From Octopus bimaculoides (taxonomy: Eukaryota), in the NCBI RefSeq assembly GCF_001194135.2, contig NC_068983.1, positions 53,156,280-53,220,279 of the forward strand: a DNA stretch of 64,000 bases. Reading direction: 5' to 3'. A program made the translations under genes and the position numbers. Positions 11,727 through 25,084 of the stretch are shown here, one piece after another. The notes beneath the pieces are model-generated. The model was not told where the DNA came from. It ran no database searches and saw nothing but the letters and a program-made list of their open reading frames with translations. The first letter of the stretch is position 1; the number at the start of each line of letters is the position of its first letter.

Positions 11727-13497
11727 TTACTTGTATTATATCACTCACTAATATTTATTATCTTGCATTTCAAAATTTCACTTTAAGAAAACTTGTTGAT
11801 CTTGATATCTACAATAAATTTGGACCTACATGACCTAATGCTGTAGCAAAGCTTCCTGCCTATGGATTCCAAATAATTTTACATTTTCTTTATTAAATGC
11901 TTCTTGTAACACTGTTCCAGTGCTGTCAACGAGACATTTCTCTACCATGTTACCAACTATCATTAATGATGAACCAATGAGAGAGCCTCTATATGGTTGC
12001 TTGATCTGGTATGAATAGCTGTGAAATCTCCCTGAAACTACACTCTGCTGCCTTGAAAGAAAGAACACAATGTATATTGCGGTCCCTGGGTACACTGGAG
12101 TACCTTTGATCATAAGTCCCCTTCAATCAGGGCTGATCTAAAGCTAAACAACCTCAACAATAATGATTACTAGTCACCTATAATCACCTATAATACCCTG
12201 TCACCCATAATCACATGTACTGAAATGCAAAGAATGCTTTCTTTCACTCTGCTATAGCTTGCTGTCATGAAAATGCTGTCAAGAAAATGCAACTATAATT
12301 CTTCCTACAATGAATGTAAATCATCTATGAGCAGTGACTGAAAGTATCCTGTAATTGGCATGCCAGGACTCCCTATACATTTATTGAGGAAGACACAACC
12401 CCACCATTACACACTTTCCTTTACCAATAACAAACTAAACTTTCACACTCTCTATAAAATGTCTAATGACTTTCCAGGACAACCACTCATATATCTCTAT
12501 GAGACTGTCTCTACATGGTTCCTAGGCTTACTAAAAATAGCTGTTAAATTGCCTTCAAATTACTCTCTACCATCTTATAAATGGAAAGACATATTACATA
12601 ATGTAGCCTCCTACTCCCCATCTCTGAAAAAAATTAGATGGTCATGGCTGAAATGCGTATGTCTGCTTAATCAAGGATAACCTGGAGCTAAACAGCAGCA
12701 GTAACTATTCATATATTGCATAGCCAAGCCTGTTATTGTAAAGATTGGTTATTTTCTTCGTGTGCCATACATTAAATTTTGGTTTTATATTAATTTAATA
12801 TTTCTCTGCATTGTTAACAGTGATTGATAGCAGTGATTGCATAATATTGATTTCCAGCCTACTGCCTTTCTGCATACTAAGTATTGTCGCTTTTTTGAAG
12901 CTGCAAAGCCTCCTTGGCTTTTAATACTATTGCTAACTTCAATACTAATGTTGAAGCTGAACTAGATGATTAGAAAGAAAATTCTGAATTCCTTTTCTAT
13001 TGCACATAAATCTTAAACTAATGTAATTTACATCTTTGAAGATTTGTTTGTAATTTGCGTAAAGAAGGCAGTAATTGGTGTCAGTGTGCAAGGTATCATA
13101 GTAGAATCTGCATTTTGATTTCTCAACTTCAGCACATATTTTGGATAATTTGAGCATGTGAGATTTTAGATTTGGAACAATGTTGTATAGAATAATGTTG
13201 AATGCTAGTAACGATCAAATATTAAACATATTTATTTTATGGATAATCAGCAAAAATTATATCAATTTGTATGAATGTAAAAGCAATAAATACATGAAAA
13301 TGTCTTTCTACTCTTATTAAGAGTTTTCTATTTCCTCTCTGGCTTCTTAAGACAGTTATGATGAATACAGTATCAGTCTTGTTATAATTTAGAAATGCTA
13401 ATATTGAGTTTAGTACTGTATTTATTACATATTTTTATTTTATTTTATATCATATTTTATTTTCCTCTATATTTTATTTTGTGATAAATCCCTCTAG

Positions 13498-13560
13498 AAT
13501 TTGGACAATGATGTTAGTCAGCTTCAATTCGCTAGTGTTGATTTTAATAAGTTGGAAGAG
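13498..13560 (+). CDS. Candidate exon 4 (63 bp; phase 0-0 reading NLDNDVSQLQFASVDFNKLEE)
   Basis: Long T-rich tract ending ccctctag, donor GAG|gtacat. In frame with 6544-6585. Confidence 0.6.
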
Positions 13561-15792
13561 GTACATTAGAAAGCAGTAATTTTGGAGAGGAGACATTGTA
13601 CGTCTTGTCTAATATAAACTTTGAGAAGGAAATATGGAGAGAAAATGAAACAATATTCAATGTGTATTAAGTTTATGTAGCCAGCCTTAAATGTCTCAAC
13701 ACCTCGTAACTTACTCTAAACTTCTGTTTATAGGTTTCTATAAGTAATTTTTGAATTTGAATTTTTTAAATGTAAGTCAGTGGTACTGTTATAGCATGTA
13801 GTGTACAACATTAGCTGTAGTCTGGTACTGTAATGTATGATCTAAGACCAAGATTCATCTTCACTGAATTACTTAGACAGACAATAAAAAAAGATCACCA
13901 CCTGACAAGGCTTTCTAAAATGATCGTTTACAAGAATTAAAATTTGTATATTTACACTATATTACAAGCTTTTCAAGGTGACTGCATGTTATAGTAACAA
14001 GTCCCCATAGACCACCCACACTTTACAGTAGCACCAAGTCAACTTTAAGTAGTTTATAGTTGCATACTTAATTCTAGTCTTTGTCACATTAATCAGATCT
14101 GAGATAAATATTCCACCAGGTACAATGCTAATTAATCCTATGTAAGTTTTTAAATATGTTCTATAATTAGGTAAATAGTTATGAGCTGAATTAAGTGTGT
14201 TGTATATAAAAACAATGAAATACCTGCTGCGGGTACCATTGACTTGTTTATATTGCTTTCACAAATACAAACCATTGCTTTTAATACTATTAGTCTTGAT
14301 TTATATTCAGAATTAGTTTTATTTCTTAATTATTTTTTATTAGCATGTATTTTGTTTGTACATATTCCTTAGGCTTTCTCACAGTGTATAATTTCACAAG
14401 TAATAAATTTGATGCCTATTGTTTTTTTCTTTTAGATAATATGAAATTTAGTGTTCTGAAGTACATTTGAATGCCTCAAAACTTTTGTGCTAACATGCTA
14501 TCAATTTTAGAGTAACCTTAGAAATATGTAATCTTGGATCAAATTTGATAGAATTTATAATTTAGTGTTGTTTTTTTTCTTTTTTGTTGCTCTTGTATAG
14601 TGAGATGCCAAATGACCCATACTAAAATGAATCAGAAGTGGGTATTCTGTGAGGCTATATGTATTAGCAAGTTGTATAGCACAGAGCTAGAAGGAAGAAA
14701 ATCAGAGTGTTATGTTCTCTTCACATATCAGTGAGCATTGCTTTAGTTAACATTGTATAACTAAACATTTTGTTCAATAATGAAGTTCTCTGAAATTGCC
14801 CATGTTTGTGCAGGCTGTGTTGGTATCCTCAGAAGAACTGCAATAAGGAAAAAATATAAAATATAAACTGTTTAAGAAGCTTCAGAATGATGTTTGTACA
14901 AATTTTGTTACTCACACCACAATTGTTGAAAAATTGCAATAACTTCTTTATTTCCCTTTTGAAGGCTGATTACACTTAAAACGATTGTCGAAATTTAAAT
15001 ATTTCAGTATAATGATTTTAATGATAAAATGGTGATATTAGATTCCAAATAGAACAGTTTTAAAAGCAATGTCATTTATTTTAGTATAGTTTCAAGAAAT
15101 TCAATATGGTTTACTTTAGAATTAGAGAAAGTAATATTTTGTTTATAATGTAGAATTAAAGAACAGTAAAGATAGTGTTTATCATATTGAGGTTTTAAAT
15201 TACTATACTATGATTATTTTTGTATTGTACTTTTAAATCATTGTGACATTTCAAAAGAATTGCAGGAGAAACTTTGCATTTAAACTTAAAAAGTTTTAAT
15301 GTGATATTATTTCTAAACTAAACACTGACATGAAAAAGTTTCTTTTTTCTCTAGTGTAATATTATCTATCGTAATTTCCGTGTTCCTTTATTCTTCTCTT
15401 TGTTGCTTCTCTCTACAGTAGAGTATGTACTGCCTAATCTTAAATAATTATAGCCCTGTTAGTTCAAACGATATGCTTAGTTTCATTAGATATATTTATG
15501 TTCAATCCCTTCAGATAAAATTTACAAACCAAAATTATTCGTGAATAATTTTGAACCAAAAGAAACTCTTTAACTTGATTAGCATGGTATTGGAAAACTG
15601 TAACAACCTATTTATTTTGATTCCAATATCTAACCCCAAGTTTGGCCTGAGCAACCATTTTCCAGCAGTAGTCTATCATCCTAAATTGAGCCATACTGTT
15701 AAAACAATATAATCCAACCAACATCATATGAAGTATGGAATACCTTGTCTATTTCATTAAGCAAATCATAAAAATATTTCTTAAGAAAAATT

Positions 15793-15965
15793 CAGGTGCA
15801 GGCATGGCTGTGTAGTAAGAAGCTTGCTTACCAACCACATGGTTCCACGTTCAGTCGCACTGTGTGGCACCTTGGGCAAGTGTCTTCTCCCATAGCTTCG
15901 AGCCAACCAAAGCCTTGTAAGTGGATATGGTAGACGGAAACTGAAAAACGCCTGTCATATACATA
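15793..15965 (+). mobile_element. OK/OR-like SINE, 5' part, running into a gap
   Basis: caggtgcaggcatggctgtgtagtaagaagcttgcttacc...ggcaccttgggcaagtgtcttc. Confidence 0.9.
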
Positions 15966-16960
15966 NNNNNNNNNNNNNNNNNNNNNNNNNNNNNNNNNNN
16001 NNNNNNNNNNNNNNNNNNNNNNNNNNNNNNNNNNNNNNNNNNNNNNNNNNNNNNNNNNNNNNNNNNNNNNNNNNNNNNNNNNNNNNNNNNNNNNNNNNNN
16101 NNNNNNNNNNNNNNNNNNNNNNNNNNNNNNNNNNNNNNNNNNNNNNNNNNNNNNNNNNNNNNNNNNNNNNNNNNNNNNNNNNNNNNNNNNNNNNNNNNNN
16201 NNNNNNNNNNNNNNNNNNNNNNNNNNNNNNNNNNNNNNNNNNNNNNNNNNNNNNNNNNNNNNNNNNNNNNNNNNNNNNNNNNNNNNNNNNNNNNNNNNNN
16301 NNNNNNNNNNNNNNNNNNNNNNNNNNNNNNNNNNNNNNNNNNNNNNNNNNNNNNNNNNNNNNNNNNNNNNNNNNNNNNNNNNNNNNNNNNNNNNNNNNNN
16401 NNNNNNNNNNNNNNNNNNNNNNNNNNNNNNNNNNNNNNNNNNNNNNNNNNNNNNNNNNNNNNNNNNNNNNNNNNNNNNNNNNNNNNNNNNNNNNNNNNNN
16501 NNNNNNNNNNNNNNNNNNNNNNNNNNNNNNNNNNNNNNNNNNNNNNNNNNNNNNNNNNNNNNNNNNNNNNNNNNNNNNNNNNNNNNNNNNNNNNNNNNNN
16601 NNNNNNNNNNNNNNNNNNNNNNNNNNNNNNNNNNNNNNNNNNNNNNNNNNNNNNNNNNNNNNNNNNNNNNNNNNNNNNNNNNNNNNNNNNNNNNNNNNNN
16701 NNNNNNNNNNNNNNNNNNNNNNNNNNNNNNNNNNNNNNNNNNNNNNNNNNNNNNNNNNNNNNNNNNNNNNNNNNNNNNNNNNNNNNNNNNNNNNNNNNNN
16801 NNNNNNNNNNNNNNNNNNNNNNNNNNNNNNNNNNNNNNNNNNNNNNNNNNNNNNNNNNNNNNNNNNNNNNNNNNNNNNNNNNNNNNNNNNNNNNNNNNNN
16901 NNNNNNNNNNNNNNNNNNNNNNNNNNNNNNNNNNNNNNNNNNNNNNNNNNNNNNNNNNNN
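15966..16960. other. Assembly gap
   Basis: Run of N. Confidence 1.
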
Positions 16961-17176
16961 ATTTCGAGCGTGGCCGTTTTCGTGCGGGTGACACGTAAAA
17001 GCACCCACTACACTCTCTGAGTGGTTGGCGTTAGGAAGGGCATCCAGCTGTAGAAACTCTGCCAAATTAGACTGGAGCCTGGTGTTGCCATCCGGTTTCA
17101 CCAGTCCTCAGTCAAATCGTCCAACCCATGCTAGCATGGAAAGCGGACGTTAAACGATGATGATGATGATGATGAT
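16961..17176 (+). mobile_element. RTE-type 3' tail element ending in (GAT)n
   Basis: acgtaaaagcacccactacactctctgagtggttggcgttaggaagggcatccagctgtagaaactctgcc...gcggacgttaaacgatgatgatg. Young copies of this family are near-identical across the window. Confidence 0.9.
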
Positions 17177-18058
17177 GTCTATGTGCGTGTGTCTATGTGT
17201 CTGTGTTTGACCCCACACTATCACTTGACAATTGATGTTGGTGTGCTTACATCCCCATAACTTAGTGATTTGGCAAAAGAGACTGATAGAATAAGTGCTA
17301 AGCTTCAAAACAGAAAAGTCATGGGGTCAATTTGTTTGACTAAAACCCTTCGAGGCAGTGCTCCTGCATGGCCACAGTCAAATTACTGAAAGAACTAAAG
17401 GAGGTGAAGGAGATACTGCACAAAAAGAGAAAAAAAAAACTTTCTCAGAATGGTAATATAACTCATTTTATCATTGTTGGTTGATAATTCATAAAGTCAC
17501 TCAGTTCCACCAAGCTCTTAATTGAAAGGAACATTGAGTGAAAGAGAGAAGGAATTATTCAAATTAAAACTCACATCTAACGATCAAATTGCAAAATTTT
17601 AGTAAACAGTTATTCTATTCTTATAATCAAATTAGACATGCCATACATGTCTAATTTCATTATTATGGCATGCCTAATAAAGGGGGTCACGTGATCTGAG
17701 TGCAGATTGCCCACATCTGCCCTTTTACTAATGATCTTAATTCTTCCTTATAAACTAATTAAGTCAATGATTCAAAAGACAGTGTTAGTAAAAACTAGAT
17801 TGTTACTGACAGAAATGAATTAGGAATCAACTTCACTTTCCTCATGCACTATTCTTAACTGCTATAAATTCGATGTTTTCAGCTTATATACTAAGAATGA
17901 TGAACTGCTAGTTCTGGTGGATTTTGCTGCTAGTTTTGTATATTTGGATCTATTCTAACATTAATTGTTGTTGATTTGGTAGTTTCAGATTAGCTCCAAT
18001 CCTGCAGAACTATAAACAAAGACATTACACCCATGGCCATTCTTTTCTCTGGTGTGAA

Positions 18059-18262
18059 CATCATCATCGTCGTTTAACGTCCGCTTTCCATGCTAGCATG
18101 GGTTGGACGATTTGACTGAGGACTGATGAAACCAGATGGCTACACCAGGCTCCAATCTGATTTGGCAGAGTTTCTACAGCTGGATGCCCTTCCTAACGCC
18201 AACCACTCTGAGAGTGTAGTGGGTGCTTTTACGTGCCACCGGTACGAAGGCCAGTCAAGCAA
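18059..18262 (-). mobile_element. RTE-type 3' tail element
   Basis: Reverse complement of 16961-17176 with very high identity. Confidence 0.9.
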
Positions 18263-20399
18263 TACTGGCAACGTTATAATAGAAGAGAAGTTAATTACTA
18301 TTTTTAGCTGGTCAGCAGACTGTGTATAGGTTCCTTAAGTTTGTTTAATTCCTGTTGAATGTTCAAGTTGTTTCAAGCTCTTTTTCTTGTGAAACATTAT
18401 TTTTGTCGTTCATTAAATTTACTAAAGAATAAATAGTGTAACTTATTCACAAAATGCCAGTCACTGGCCATTATGATTTTGTCTACTTACTTCACAACTA
18501 TATCTAATCTCTAAATTTTCTGGATGAGTGATTTAATGCAACTAAATAAATATTTGCTTTAAAGATCTGCATGTTGATAAGTAATTTAATTTAAAATGCA
18601 TCACAGCTCTGAAACCTTTCTTGAAAATCATGAATAATTCAATGGTTGTTATTGACAACAAACATAGTGTAATTTTACTATATTGATTAATCTTTTCCAA
18701 TTTCTATATTGTTGACGATGATATTCTATTGGATGTTTTCTCTGAAGAATTAGTGGTTTTGCTTTGAAATGTTGAAATAGTTTCATTGTTGCTGAAAAGA
18801 AGACAAATCATACGTCATAGGAAATAATATTTACTGTTCGTTTAATGTTATATGGAGAATGCTGAAAATCTGTTGGGTTTGTGCCGTGTGATTTGTATTG
18901 TTATGTTGAGCGCAATGTTATTTAAATGTGTGATTTTCAGTCTGATAGCAATACATTTAGTTGCAGTGACTTTTCTGATATTAGTTTCCTTTTACTAAAT
19001 GAATTACTCAGTAACACTGTATATTTACTTGTTCCATTTGATCGTGGCCATGCCATGATATTGTCACATACTTGACAGGTTCTGTGCAATAAATGTATTG
19101 AGGTCAGAAAATGGATTGGATGCTTAAGCTCAGTGAATCGGAAGTAGAAACTGATACTCTATAAAAAGCCATTCACAAGACACTTTATATATATATCTTT
19201 TTTCAAAACCAGGTTAAGCCTTGAATATTAATATTACAAATTATCTAGATCTGTGTTTTTATTTTTTATTTTTACTCGGGAGGTCAATGCCAATAAATAT
19301 TGCATATTCTTATGGGTTGTTGAAACAGATGCAGTTTATGTTTAACTGGTTGTTTCTAGAGAAAGCATAGGCAGAGTGCAATTCAGAAGGATGCTGTTAC
19401 AAGGATGATGGATTTAGCAGAGTGTTTAATAAAGTAGTTACAGAGTAACAATGAAAAAGTGCATTGTGTGCTCTATGTCCATGGCACTCAGTGTGCTAAT
19501 TCAGGGAAGCAGGAATAATGGTAGACCAGACAGAGTGAAGATACAGGTATCCCCCTCTACAGTTACTCCTGTTGGATGATTTTGTGCTTTCGGTAATTGT
19601 AAAGTGTGACCACTAATTTTGGGATATGGGATAGAGATGCTTCTCTGTGTTTTAGCCAAGATCAAAATAGTTAGCAATTTAAAAACTATAATCATGATAC
19701 ACACACACACACTGTAAAATATGTGTGTGTATGCAAGTATTTGTGTATGTACCTATCTCTCCTTCTCTCTCTCTCTATCTATCTACTATCTCTCATCAGC
19801 ACCAAAATCAATACTACCACTGTCATTAGCAGCCCACCAGCTCCTTAATGACTAGCAACACCAGCCACAATATTGTTTTAAAGATAAACAACTCCATCTG
19901 GAATAACAAAAAAAAAGAAAGAAACAACCACATGGGATAATGTGTTGTTCAAATGTATTTGAAATGTTCATTGAAATCAAAATGTCTTTGATTTTAGGTC
20001 AATGAGGATTGACTTGAAACTAAACAGCAATACAATTAGCCAGAACAATGTGACCATCACCAAAACCAAAAGCACCATCATTGTCACTGTCACCAACAAA
20101 ATGAAAACCAATACAACAAATAACATTATTATCAACCCACCAAATTTTGAATAACCAATGACAGCAATGTCTATAGCTATGTATGTTGTATGTCAGCACT
20201 GTATGAGAGGTGAGTGAGTGGGGTGGAGTGTTTTTATGGCTCAAATCAGAGATGCAAGCAGTGAAGTGCCCACTCTTTAACCTTCTCATTTTCATTCTTA
20301 GGTCCATAGGAATAAGACAATTTTTTTACTTTCACAATGCTGTTTTTACCTCATAATATTTTTTAATTACATAATTGTTCTGCAAAATTGTTGATTGTT

Positions 20400-21130
20400 G
20401 GCACTATTGGATTTACCTACAATTCAAGATGTCAGGAAAGAAGCCATCAAAGAAAAGTGCAAAAGGAGCATAGAGGAATTTCACTGGATATTAAACTTCA
20501 TGTTTTAAAAAGCATTGATGTGGGAGAAAAATATAAGCCCCAATGCCAAAACGTTAAAAAACTTGCAATGTCTACAGTGGGAACAATGCATAGCAATAGA
20601 AAGAAAATAGTGCAGAAGTTACTCTATTATTTATTCAGATGTTATTTTGTCAGACATAATATGATGCTTAAAATGGGACAGCTCTTGGGTGCATCAGTTG
20701 AAAAATGTGTATGACCAAAACTGTGTCTGTGACTTTATAAGTTTTCCACAAGCAGAAAGTCTACATCAAATTCAGAAAGAGAGTGTAACTGCAAATAATG
20801 TAGGTTTGAAGAAGTCACAGTGGAGGATGAGGTTGAAGTTTTAGAGCCCCAAAAAGAGAATGTTTATCTAATGAGAAGCTGATGATACTGTTTGAACAAA
20901 AGCTTGCTGAGAATACAGATAAGAATGCAGAAATTACAACAACTGTGCACATAAGTTGACAACAAAGGATATTGTAAAGGTTTGTAGGTTTTTCGCTGAT
21001 AGCAACCCTAATGGTGAACATAACATAAAAATTACAAGTGGAGTTTACAATGACTTCAGTTCCTACACTCAGCCATACAAAAGATGATCAAGCAATTTTT
21101 AATAAATTCTTTGCTCTTCAAGTAGATGAC
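20400..21130 (+). mobile_element. Decayed, internally deleted Tigger/pogo-type transposase
   Basis: KEHRGISLDIKLHVLKSIDVGEKYK..LAMSTVGTMHSNRKKI resembles the CENP-B/psq HTH. Downstream LTTKDIVKVCRFFADSNPNGEHNIKITSGVYNDFSSY resembles a Tigger C-terminus. No DDE core is visible; several stops and frameshifts. Confidence 0.65.
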
Positions 21131-21258
21131 GACTATGAGGCATCTAACTAGTGACTCTCATTGCATTACCACCCTTCAGATAGTGGCCCACATCTTTTGT
21201 AGCAACAACATACCCTATTTTGATCATTATTTATTCCCTAGAGCATTTCACTTCAAAT

Positions 21259-21296
<38 letters not shown>

Positions 21297-22080
21297 CTCT
21301 GTATATTTAGAAATTGCAATTTTCATGCGTAAATGTGGATGTGTTGCTTGTTTTTTGTTTTTTCACCTCACCCTTGCCCCCACCCTTTTTTTTTCATTAT
21401 CCATTGCAAAGCATTATCATTTTATGACATGAAAACCAATAAGAAAATTAATTTCGCATTATGAGATTTTATGTTACAAGTTTTTAAGGGATGTATTACT
21501 CATACAACATGGAGGATTTCTGTACATCATGTTATGTTTGCTACATATGGTTGAGTGATTATCTGCTATGAGTTGGATGGTTTTTGTGCATGTGATTTAA
21601 AGTTTCCTGAGTATTTACTCTGTCTCAGATAAGTGATTGATACTTTAATGTGATATGGACTTGTGCATTGCAGCTAAGCACCAACTGTTCAGAGCCAACA
21701 TATTACGTTGCAACACATCTAAAATTCAGAATCCTATTTCATATTTAATTATGAAACAAATATAAATGTGAAAGATGGATGCAAACAATTTCATTAGTTA
21801 AATATTGATTAGTCAAAAATATCAAAAATTAAAATTCTTATGACATTTTTCTTGCAGTTTTATATTACCATTGGTGTTATAGAAATTCATACTATTGTCA
21901 CGTAATTTTTGAATTAAACCAGTTATATTAATACAAAGGTGGCCTTCTCTTTCAATAATCAAAGATATTGGTGCTTCCTTCTTGCTGACCTTCAACTAAT
22001 ATTTATCTCTTGACACCTAGAGGAAGATTTGTTTTTGTTGAGTTGCTATTAACAAACTGAAATACAATTATTCAACTAAT

Positions 22081-22297
22081 GTTGCCAGTACCACCTGACT
22101 GGCCTTCGTGCCGGTGGCACGTAAAAGCACCCACTACACTCTCAGAGTGGTTAGTGTTAGGAAGGGCATCCAGCTGTAGAAACTCTGCCAAATCAGATTG
22201 GAGCCAGGTGTAGCCATCTGGTTCGCCAGTCCTCAGTCAAATCGTCCAACCCATGCCAGCATGGAAAGCGGACGTTAAACAATGATGATGATGATGC
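22081..22297 (+). mobile_element. RTE-type 3' tail element
   Basis: Same family as 16961-17176, with (GAT)n tail. Confidence 0.9.
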
Positions 22298-22366
22298 ATG
22301 TGATATCAACACTGGTTTTAGAACTGTCATTGCTTCAATCCTTCACATTCAAAGTAACTGCAGATG

Positions 22367-22370
22367 CACA

Positions 22371-22441
<71 letters not shown>

Positions 22442-22486
22442 ACATACACACACACACACACACACATACACACACACACACACACA
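22367..22486. repeat. (CA)n microsatellite
   Basis: Directly visible. Confidence 0.98.
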
Positions 22487-22993
22487 TGTATATATAATCC
22501 CTTACCTGAAAACAGATAAGGGTTGGCAACCGGTAGAGCACCTGGTCATAACCCCTTGTATAAATCATGCTAGTATGGAAAGACAGTTGTTAAATGAATG
22601 TGTATGTGTGTGTGCATGCGCAAACGTGCATGTGTGTGTGCATGCGCACACATGCATGTGTGTGTGTTTCACAAAGTTACACAAATGTAGCTACTAAGAA
22701 TGGCTTATGATATACTGAGTAAAAATGGAATCTTTGATGAAAAAAGTGTTAACAAAAACCCACAGAAATGAAGCTGAATGTCTGCCTTAAAACTATTACA
22801 TCCAGGATACCATTGCACCAGAGATTTGGTGACTTTTACTTGTCAAACTGCAAGACTTAATCTTATATATGTGGGGGTGGGGAGAGTATGTTTCTCCCCT
22901 GCCCTATTATTTTGCCCTTGTAAATTCCCTCATACTGTTTTACTCCCCTTTCTCTCTCTCTCATGCTTTCTCCCTATAATTTCCCTTTCATCT

Positions 22994-23034
22994 TGACTTT
23001 CTGAAGAAGGACTAACATCTGAAATGTCAAGTCA
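22994..23034 (+). ncRNA. Decayed minimal type-I hammerhead motif (Penelope-type)
   Basis: tgactt-t-CTGAAGA-agg actaaca tct-GAAA-t-GTC-aagtca. Stem I tgactt/aagtca; weak stem II; GAAATGTC is a plausible CpG-decay product of GAAACGTC. Confidence 0.4.
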
Positions 23035-23115
23035 CTCTACTTATGTCAAGCATAATACTGTATTTGTTATATGTTGCTCTTTCCATGTTGTGCTCTCTGT
23101 CTTTGATCATACATA

Positions 23116-23151
<36 letters not shown>

Positions 23152-24384
23152 CAGAGAGAGGGGGAGAAACATGTGTCCTACATACAATGGTCATTCATGG
23201 CCCAGCATGGTGTATTTTTACACAGTTTGTAAGGAGAAAGTCCCTCCTCAGATGGTCCCTGCAGTGAAGGTATTTCTATGTTTGAATATACATAAGTGTG
23301 TATACACATACACACTCACATACATGTGGTATACATGTGTATTGATTTTTGGTTGTATTTTACTGTTAACAAAGCTTCCATAGTTACTCTTCTCATCAGA
23401 TATAATACTGTAGTAACATCATCTAATAGTTTTATAACTTATATTTTGCATAGCATATGTGTTGAGATGGCTCTTTCTTGTAAATCCATGGTCACTTGAT
23501 AAGAAAGTTTCATAGCTTTGTGCTTGATGTAATTCAGTACAGCCTTCCATCACAGGCAAAAAATAACCAAAACCACAAAAGTCCAACTAGCAGTTTCTGT
23601 TGGAGATAAGAGTATAATAAAAATTAATGATAAACTAATATTTATACAAAAGTGTGAAGTTAATAAATAGCAATGTAAATTGAACAGCAAAAATGCACTT
23701 AACAAGAGCCTTAGGCTACCTTTGCAAGACCTGAAAATAACAAATATATTGTTATTTGTAAGATCGATATGAGCATACCATTCTGTATTAAAGAATTTAT
23801 GAATTTATAATAAAAATAAATAACATTCTTCTTGACAACAGCAAGCCCATCAAAATTAAGAAATACAACTCTGCTTAATTAGGAATCAAATTTAAGTACA
23901 TTAACTATTGCTGTGAGCTCTCAAATAGATTCCATGCTTTTCTAGTAGAGAGAAGAAATCTAGCTCTGCATACATCTGTTGTAGTGTTAAAACACTGAAA
24001 CAAAATATCCCCCTCCAACTTATATCTCAAATCAGTATACTTGTGCATAGAATTGCCAAAATGATGTGATAATAACATAAAGAAATATATTGCTGTGAAA
24101 TATAGCATAGGTCAGATAATTTTCCAGAAATTTTAATGGAATCCAACAAAGTTAGCACAATTAACCACTGTGGATGCAGAAAGTATTTTTACCAATGGCT
24201 CAATAACAGAAAGCATAACCAATCTTGGACTATGAGTACCTGTACTCTCGATTTATACATCGAAAGGATGGTGTAGCTAAAGGTTCTCTACTTATGCTCA
24301 TATTGTATATTTGTGTATATGTGGTTATATGAAAAAAACTAAATGTAAAAACACAGTCAATAATAGGAATGTTGATATACTTAC

Positions 24385-24423
24385 TGTGACCAATAAGAAC
24401 AGGCTGAGAAGGTTAAAGATGAT
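24385..24423 (-). CDS. Candidate 39-bp micro-exon on the minus strand (IIFNLLSLFLLVT in phase 0, or SSLTFSACSYWS in phase 2)
   Basis: Minus strand ...gtcctag|ATCATC...GTCACA|gtaagt, with a perfect donor and a modest acceptor. No confirmed partner exons. Confidence 0.3.
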
Positions 24424-24669
24424 CTAGGACATAATTCCATGTTTTCATTTACAATCCAACACAGCTCTAGTAAATATTCAGACAACAACACTACTCCATT
24501 CTAAGGTATAAATGTGAAAATAAGAATTAATACATATAACACATCAATATACACAAGAAAATTGTGAGAAAATGCTTAGATGTATGGTGATAATTATCCT
24601 CCCCAGATATATAAAATATCTATAGTCAAATCCTTTCTTAAATGAACTTTAAAATTTTTGTCCAGTTAC

Positions 24670-24877
24670 TCTTTTACTCTTTTACTTGTTTCAGTCATTT
24701 GACTGTGGCCATGCTGGAGCACGACCTTTAGTCGAGCAAATCGACCCTAGAACTTATTCTTTGTAAGCCTAGTACTTATTCTATCAGTCTCTTTTGCCGA
24801 ACCGCTAAGTTACGGGGACGTAAACACACCAGCATCAGTTGTCAAGCGATGTTGGGGGGACAAACACAGACACACAA

Positions 24878-24919
<42 letters not shown>

Positions 24920-25084
24920 ACGACAGGCTTCTTTCAGTTTCCGTCTACCAAATCCACTCAAAAGGCTTTGGTCGGCCTGAGGCTATAGTAGAAGACACTT
25001 GCCCAAGGTGCCATGCAGTGGGACTGAACTTGGAACCATGTGGTTTGAAAGCAAGCTACTTACCACACAGCCATTCCTACGCCT
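24670..25084 (-). mobile_element. Full-length OK/OR-like SINE with internal (TA)n
   Basis: Homologous to 53-425 along its whole length. Confidence 0.9.

Noticed and set aside
2009-17101. Long ORFs at 2009-3089, 8827-9210 and 15828-17101
   Set aside because: They span N-runs (X residues) and are assembly-gap artefacts.
4022-18997. Set of hydrophobic 'alternative transmembrane tail' exons (4022, phase-2 reading of 13498, ~17910, 18941)
   Set aside because: T-rich strands give F/L/I/V-rich translations by chance, and the phase-2 reading of 13498 conflicts with the phase-0 donor at 6585.
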